Origin: Anaerovoracaceae bacterium
GTDB taxonomy: Bacteria; Bacillota; Clostridia; Peptostreptococcales; Anaerovoracaceae
NCBI GenBank assembly: GCA_050953505.1
Contig: JBMNMU010000001.1
Coordinates: 919,434-983,433 of the forward strand
Direction of reading: 5' to 3'
Length of the DNA: 64,000 bases
Under the pieces are notes generated by a model. The model saw only the letters and a list, made by a program, of their open reading frames with translations. It had not been told where the DNA came from and ran no database searches. The translations under genes were made by a program, and so were the position numbers. Below, piece after piece: positions 60,461 through 64,000 of the stretch. The stretch's first letter is position 1, and each line of letters begins with the position of its first letter.

Positions 60461-61858
60461 ATGTCTGTCTTAATCAAAAATGGGACTATTGTTACTTCAG
60501 AAAGTGAATTTATAGCAGATATCTATGTGGAGGGTGAATCCATTTGTGCAATAGGAAATGGCCTTGAATTTGAAGCTGACGAAATTATAGACGCAAAAGG
60601 TAAATACGTGCTTCCAGGCGGGGTAGACCAGCACGTTCACTTCTCTTTTACCTACAAAGGTAGTAAGGTAAGGGGCTTTGAAACATCTAATGCCGCGGCA
60701 GTAGGAGGAACAACTACCTTAATTGAATTCGTCAATCAGGTTCAAGGAAAAGGCTTGGTGGAATCTATAGATGACTATAGAAAAGAAGACGCAGACGGAA
60801 TTGCTATGGTAGACTATGCTTTCCATAGTGTCATGACAGATCCCAGACCGGAAGTTATAGAAGAAATACCTAAGTTGGCAGAGGCAGGCTATCCTACAAT
60901 GAAGCTTTTTATGGCCTATAAGGGAATGAGCTTTCATGCAGATGATGATGCTATTCTCAAAGCTCTTTTTAAAGGAAAAGAAGCAGGTATAACCATAATG
61001 GTTCACGCTGAAAATGCAGAAATGATTGATGTTCTAACGCAAAAACTTATTAGTGAAGGGAAGACGGATCCCTATTATCATGCAGTGTCAAGGCCCCCCG
61101 TTGTAGAAGCAGAAGCTACTAGGAGGGCAATCTATTTGGCAGAGTTAGCAGAAGCACCTCTCTATGTGGTTCATGTCTCTGCCAAAGAAGCACTAGAGGA
61201 AATTAAACAAGCATATAACAGAGGCCAGGCGGTATATGGAGAAACCTGCTCCCATTATCTGGTTCTGGATACAGATGACTTAGCTAGACCAGGCTTTGAA
61301 GGGGCAAAATATGTTTGCTCTCCAGCCTTACGAACTAAGGAGCATAGAGATGCCTTATGGGAGGCAGTTAATCGTAAATGGCTCAATGCAATCAGCTCTG
61401 ACCATTGTGGTTTCGACTACAAGCATCAAAAGCATATGGGTTATGGTAAGGGTAATTCCTTTGCAGATATTCCTAACGGCGCACCTAGTTTACAGAATCG
61501 CTTAAATATACTCTGGACTTACGGCGTCTGCCAAGGAAAGATCTCCAGAAGCCGAATGGTGGACCTTTTTGCTACTATGCCGGCAAAAATCAATGGACTT
61601 ACAAAAAAAGGCCAGATTGAGGTGGGATTCCATGGGGACATTGTGATTTTTGATCCCGATTATATAGGGATTATCAGCGTAGAAAATAACCTTGAAGGAG
61701 TTGACTATTGTCCATTTGAGGGTTTTGAGCAAAAGGGAAGAGCTGAAACTGTTTTTCTGCGTGGTATGAAAATCGTAGAAAATGGAAAATATATAGGCCA
61801 AAAGGGCCAGGGTAAATTAATTCCAGGGGAACCTTATGGCTATGCCTATAAGGAGTAG
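60461..61858 (+). CDS. Dihydropyrimidinase / D-hydantoinase (cyclic amidohydrolase)
   Basis: LIKNGTIVT...PGGVDQHVHF (HxH metal motif), carbamylated-Lys region MKLFMAYKG, VHAEN, SSDHC. Confidence 0.88.
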   Translation: MSVLIKNGTIVTSESEFIADIYVEGESICAIGNGLEFEADEIIDAKGKYVLPGGVDQHVHFSFTYKGSKVRGFETSNAAAVGGTTTLIEFVNQVQGKGLVESIDDYRKEDADGIAMVDYAFHSVMTDPRPEVIEEIPKLAEAGYPTMKLFMAYKGMSFHADDDAILKALFKGKEAGITIMVHAENAEMIDVLTQKLISEGKTDPYYHAVSRPPVVEAEATRRAIYLAELAEAPLYVVHVSAKEALEEIKQAYNRGQAVYGETCSHYLVLDTDDLARPGFEGAKYVCSPALRTKEHRDALWEAVNRKWLNAISSDHCGFDYKHQKHMGYGKGNSFADIPNGAPSLQNRLNILWTYGVCQGKISRSRMVDLFATMPAKINGLTKKGQIEVGFHGDIVIFDPDYIGIISVENNLEGVDYCPFEGFEQKGRAETVFLRGMKIVENGKYIGQKGQGKLIPGEPYGYAYKE

Positions 61859-61861
61859 TAA

Positions 61862-63091
61862 ATGAATGTAAATGGAGAAAGACTCCTTTCAGATTTAAAT
61901 CAGGTAAAAAGTTTTACCGATACACCTGGAAAGGGCGTTACAAGATTTTCTTATAGTGAGAATGACAGAAAGACTAGAGAGTTTATCACTAATGAAGCGA
62001 GAGCTTACGGATTTAATGTAAGAACTGACCCTATTGGGAATATGTACATTGGTATTGCTAACAATAATTGTAAAGACAAGAAAATATGCATAGGCTCTCA
62101 TATTGATACAGTTCGAAACGGCGGATGGTTAGATGGAATCTATGGTGTTCTAAGTGGCTTGGAAATATTGCGTAGGTTAGCTGAAAATAAGCACAAGCAG
62201 CTAGAAGGTGTAGAATTAGTTGTTTTTGCAGAAGAGGAAGGCTCCAATTTTGGTTCTACTATGACGGGGAGTAAGTTTGTCAGTGGAATTTATGGAGAAA
62301 AGCATCTTAATAATTTAAAGAATGATAATGGCATAACTTTAGATAATATGCTAGCTCAATGTGATTTTCCTCCCTATAAAGAGTCTGATGTCCTTTGGGA
62401 TTTCTCCAATATAAAAGCCATGCTGGAACTACATATCGAACAAGGTCCCGTTTTAGAAGGCTTGGGAAAGACCATTGGCATTGTAGACACAGTGTTTGGA
62501 ATGAAGACTATAGAGGTAACCATAGAAGGAATCGGGAATCATGCTGGCGCAACACCAATGAGGTATCGAAAAGATCCACTGGTTACAGTAGCTCTCTGTA
62601 TCGAGATGGTTGAAAAAATTGCTAAAGCGGATCCTGAGGGAGTAACTGTGGCTACGGTTGGGAAAATAGCTATATACCCCAATTGCTCCAATGTTATTGC
62701 AGATAAAGTTACTTTTACGGTAGAGGTAAGGGATAAGAAGGAAAGCAGAATAGCTACTGTTATGCTTCAAATTGAAGAAGCTTTTAAAAGAATCTCAGAG
62801 GAAAGAGGAACAAGACTTCTCATACAAGAAATTGCAGAATCGCGGCCAACCCAGATGGACAAAAAAATTATTAGCATTATGAAGGAATTAGCTATAAAAA
62901 CTGGTCTACCTTATGAAATTATGGACAGTGGTGCTGTGCATGACACTTGTATTTTGGCATCACATGTTCCTGCAGGGATGTTGTTTGTGCCAAGTATAGG
63001 TGGTAGAAGCCATGTGCCCTTTGAAGATACCCATAAAAAGGACTTGGTGTTAGGAGCCCAGCTCCTTTTGGACACGGTATTGGCCCTTTAA
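61862..63091 (+). CDS. Zn-dependent M20-family amidohydrolase (N-carbamoyl-amino-acid / allantoate amidohydrolase type)
   Basis: GVTRFSYS, GSHIDTVRNGGWLDG, EEEGSNFG, IEQGPVLE, typical of the AmaB/AllC/HyuC family. Confidence 0.85.
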   Translation: MNVNGERLLSDLNQVKSFTDTPGKGVTRFSYSENDRKTREFITNEARAYGFNVRTDPIGNMYIGIANNNCKDKKICIGSHIDTVRNGGWLDGIYGVLSGLEILRRLAENKHKQLEGVELVVFAEEEGSNFGSTMTGSKFVSGIYGEKHLNNLKNDNGITLDNMLAQCDFPPYKESDVLWDFSNIKAMLELHIEQGPVLEGLGKTIGIVDTVFGMKTIEVTIEGIGNHAGATPMRYRKDPLVTVALCIEMVEKIAKADPEGVTVATVGKIAIYPNCSNVIADKVTFTVEVRDKKESRIATVMLQIEEAFKRISEERGTRLLIQEIAESRPTQMDKKIISIMKELAIKTGLPYEIMDSGAVHDTCILASHVPAGMLFVPSIGGRSHVPFEDTHKKDLVLGAQLLLDTVLAL

Positions 63092-63123
63092 AAGTCGAAA
63101 TGATTTTGTCCATATTTTCCTAG

Positions 63124-63160
63124 CCCTCGAAATGCATTGAAGAGCACATCGAGGGTTTTT
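63124..63160 (+). terminator. Terminator after the amidohydrolase gene
   Basis: CCCTCGA-(18 nt)-TCGAGGG followed by TTTTT. Confidence 0.7.
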
Positions 63161-63253
63161 CTCTTTAGACTAGAATACAACGAGAAAGCCTTACTTAAAG
63201 GGTTTGATATGATATACTAGAAATACAAGGAAAAAGAAAGGAACATTAAGAAA

Positions 63254-64000
63254 ATGCAAGACCAACATACAATGGAAGATTTCATGGATGAAATAGAAAA
63301 ATCTATGAAAAAAGTGTACAAAGATGACATCCTAGATGGAACGATCCTGACTGTCAATGATGAAGAAGTCTTGGTTAATATAAACCACACTTCAGATGGT
63401 ATTATCCCATTGGAGGAAATGACCGAAGGGTATGATTATGAAGTGGGAGAAAGCATTACAGTTCTCGTACTTAATCCTCATGATGGGGAAGGCAATGTCC
63501 TGCTTTCTCATAAAAAGGCTGAAGTTATTGCAGGCTGGAATGACCTCGAAGAAGCTTTTCAGGAGGGAAAAAAAGTTAATGTGCGTGTAACGGATGTAGT
63601 AAAAGGCGGTGTATCAGCACTCTACCGGGGTGTACGATGCTTTATTCCTGGTTCACTTTTATCCTATCGCTATGTTAAAGATATGAATACTTATGTGGGG
63701 AAAAATTTAGAAGTAATAGTAGAGGATTTTGATAGAGAAAAACAAAGGGCAGTCCTTTCAAGAAGGGCTGTTGAAGTTGTGGAGAGGGAATCAAAGAAAG
63801 AAGAATTAATGGAGCAGCTTCACGTAGGTGAAACCCGAGAAGGAGTCGTTACCAAGCTAATGAAATTTGGCGCTTTTGTTGATCTTGGAGGGGCGGAAGG
63901 GCTAATATACATTAATGATTTGGCTTGGCACCGTGTCAATCATCCGTCAGAGGTGGTTTCTGAAGGAGATCACGTTACCGTTTATATTACCAACATTGAT
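63254..64000 (+). CDS. S1 RNA-binding domain protein (second rpsA-like paralogue), 3' end outside the window
   Basis: ATG at 63254. The frame stays open to the window end (249 codons). It has repeated S1 motifs (GTILTVNDEEVLVNI, VKGGVSALYRGVRCFIPGS, GVVTKLMKFGAFVDLGGAEGLI). It is absent from the ORF track because no stop is reached. Confidence 0.8.
   Translation, partial: MQDQHTMEDFMDEIEKSMKKVYKDDILDGTILTVNDEEVLVNINHTSDGIIPLEEMTEGYDYEVGESITVLVLNPHDGEGNVLLSHKKAEVIAGWNDLEEAFQEGKKVNVRVTDVVKGGVSALYRGVRCFIPGSLLSYRYVKDMNTYVGKNLEVIVEDFDREKQRAVLSRRAVEVVERESKKEELMEQLHVGETREGVVTKLMKFGAFVDLGGAEGLIYINDLAWHRVNHPSEVVSEGDHVTVYITNID

Overview
This window is a low-GC Firmicutes (Clostridia-like) chromosome segment. 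Ordinary housekeeping blocks are interrupted by three mobile or accessory regions.

Core genes:
- Left block: kinase fragment, DUF5685/J-domain pair, SPOR protein, rarA, ispH, DUF503, S1 protein, and recN-argR on the minus strand.
- Middle block: ruvCAB, a spoIID-like gene, queA, tgt, metA, rumA.
- Right block: lctP, an fdrA-DUF1116-DUF2877-carbamate kinase cluster, brnQ, a Na/Pi transporter, hydantoinase plus carbamoylase, and a second S1-domain gene.

Accessory regions:
1. About 10.15-23.65 kb, between argR and ruvC. This island carries an XRE-controlled Type IC restriction-modification operon (hsdM-hsdS-hsdR) followed by a DUF3883-type PD-(D/E)xK nuclease with an unrecognised N-terminal domain. 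Divergent from that operon are a P4-type primase, an orphan HK97-fold capsid gene, a TnpW-like gene and a large serine recombinase.
2. About 32.16-46.26 kb, a mosaic stacked on the 3' end of rumA.
   - Two near-identical group II introns sit at the same position of a repeated 23-nt rumA-tail motif.
   - Between the introns are two tandem mini-elements. Each encodes a 306-aa serine recombinase that lacks a zinc-ribbon/coiled-coil domain. One carries an ECF-type sigma factor translationally coupled to a membrane-anchored serpin.
   - Beyond them is a visibly GC-richer module: a Fur/PerR regulator, a triple rubredoxin-like/flavoprotein/rubrerythrin fusion, and a second full-length serine recombinase.
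3. 58833-60357, an intact ISL3 element with inverted repeats and an 8-bp target duplication.

I saw no rRNA, tRNA or CRISPR array. All family assignments rest on motif recognition in the translated ORFs. No database search was run.
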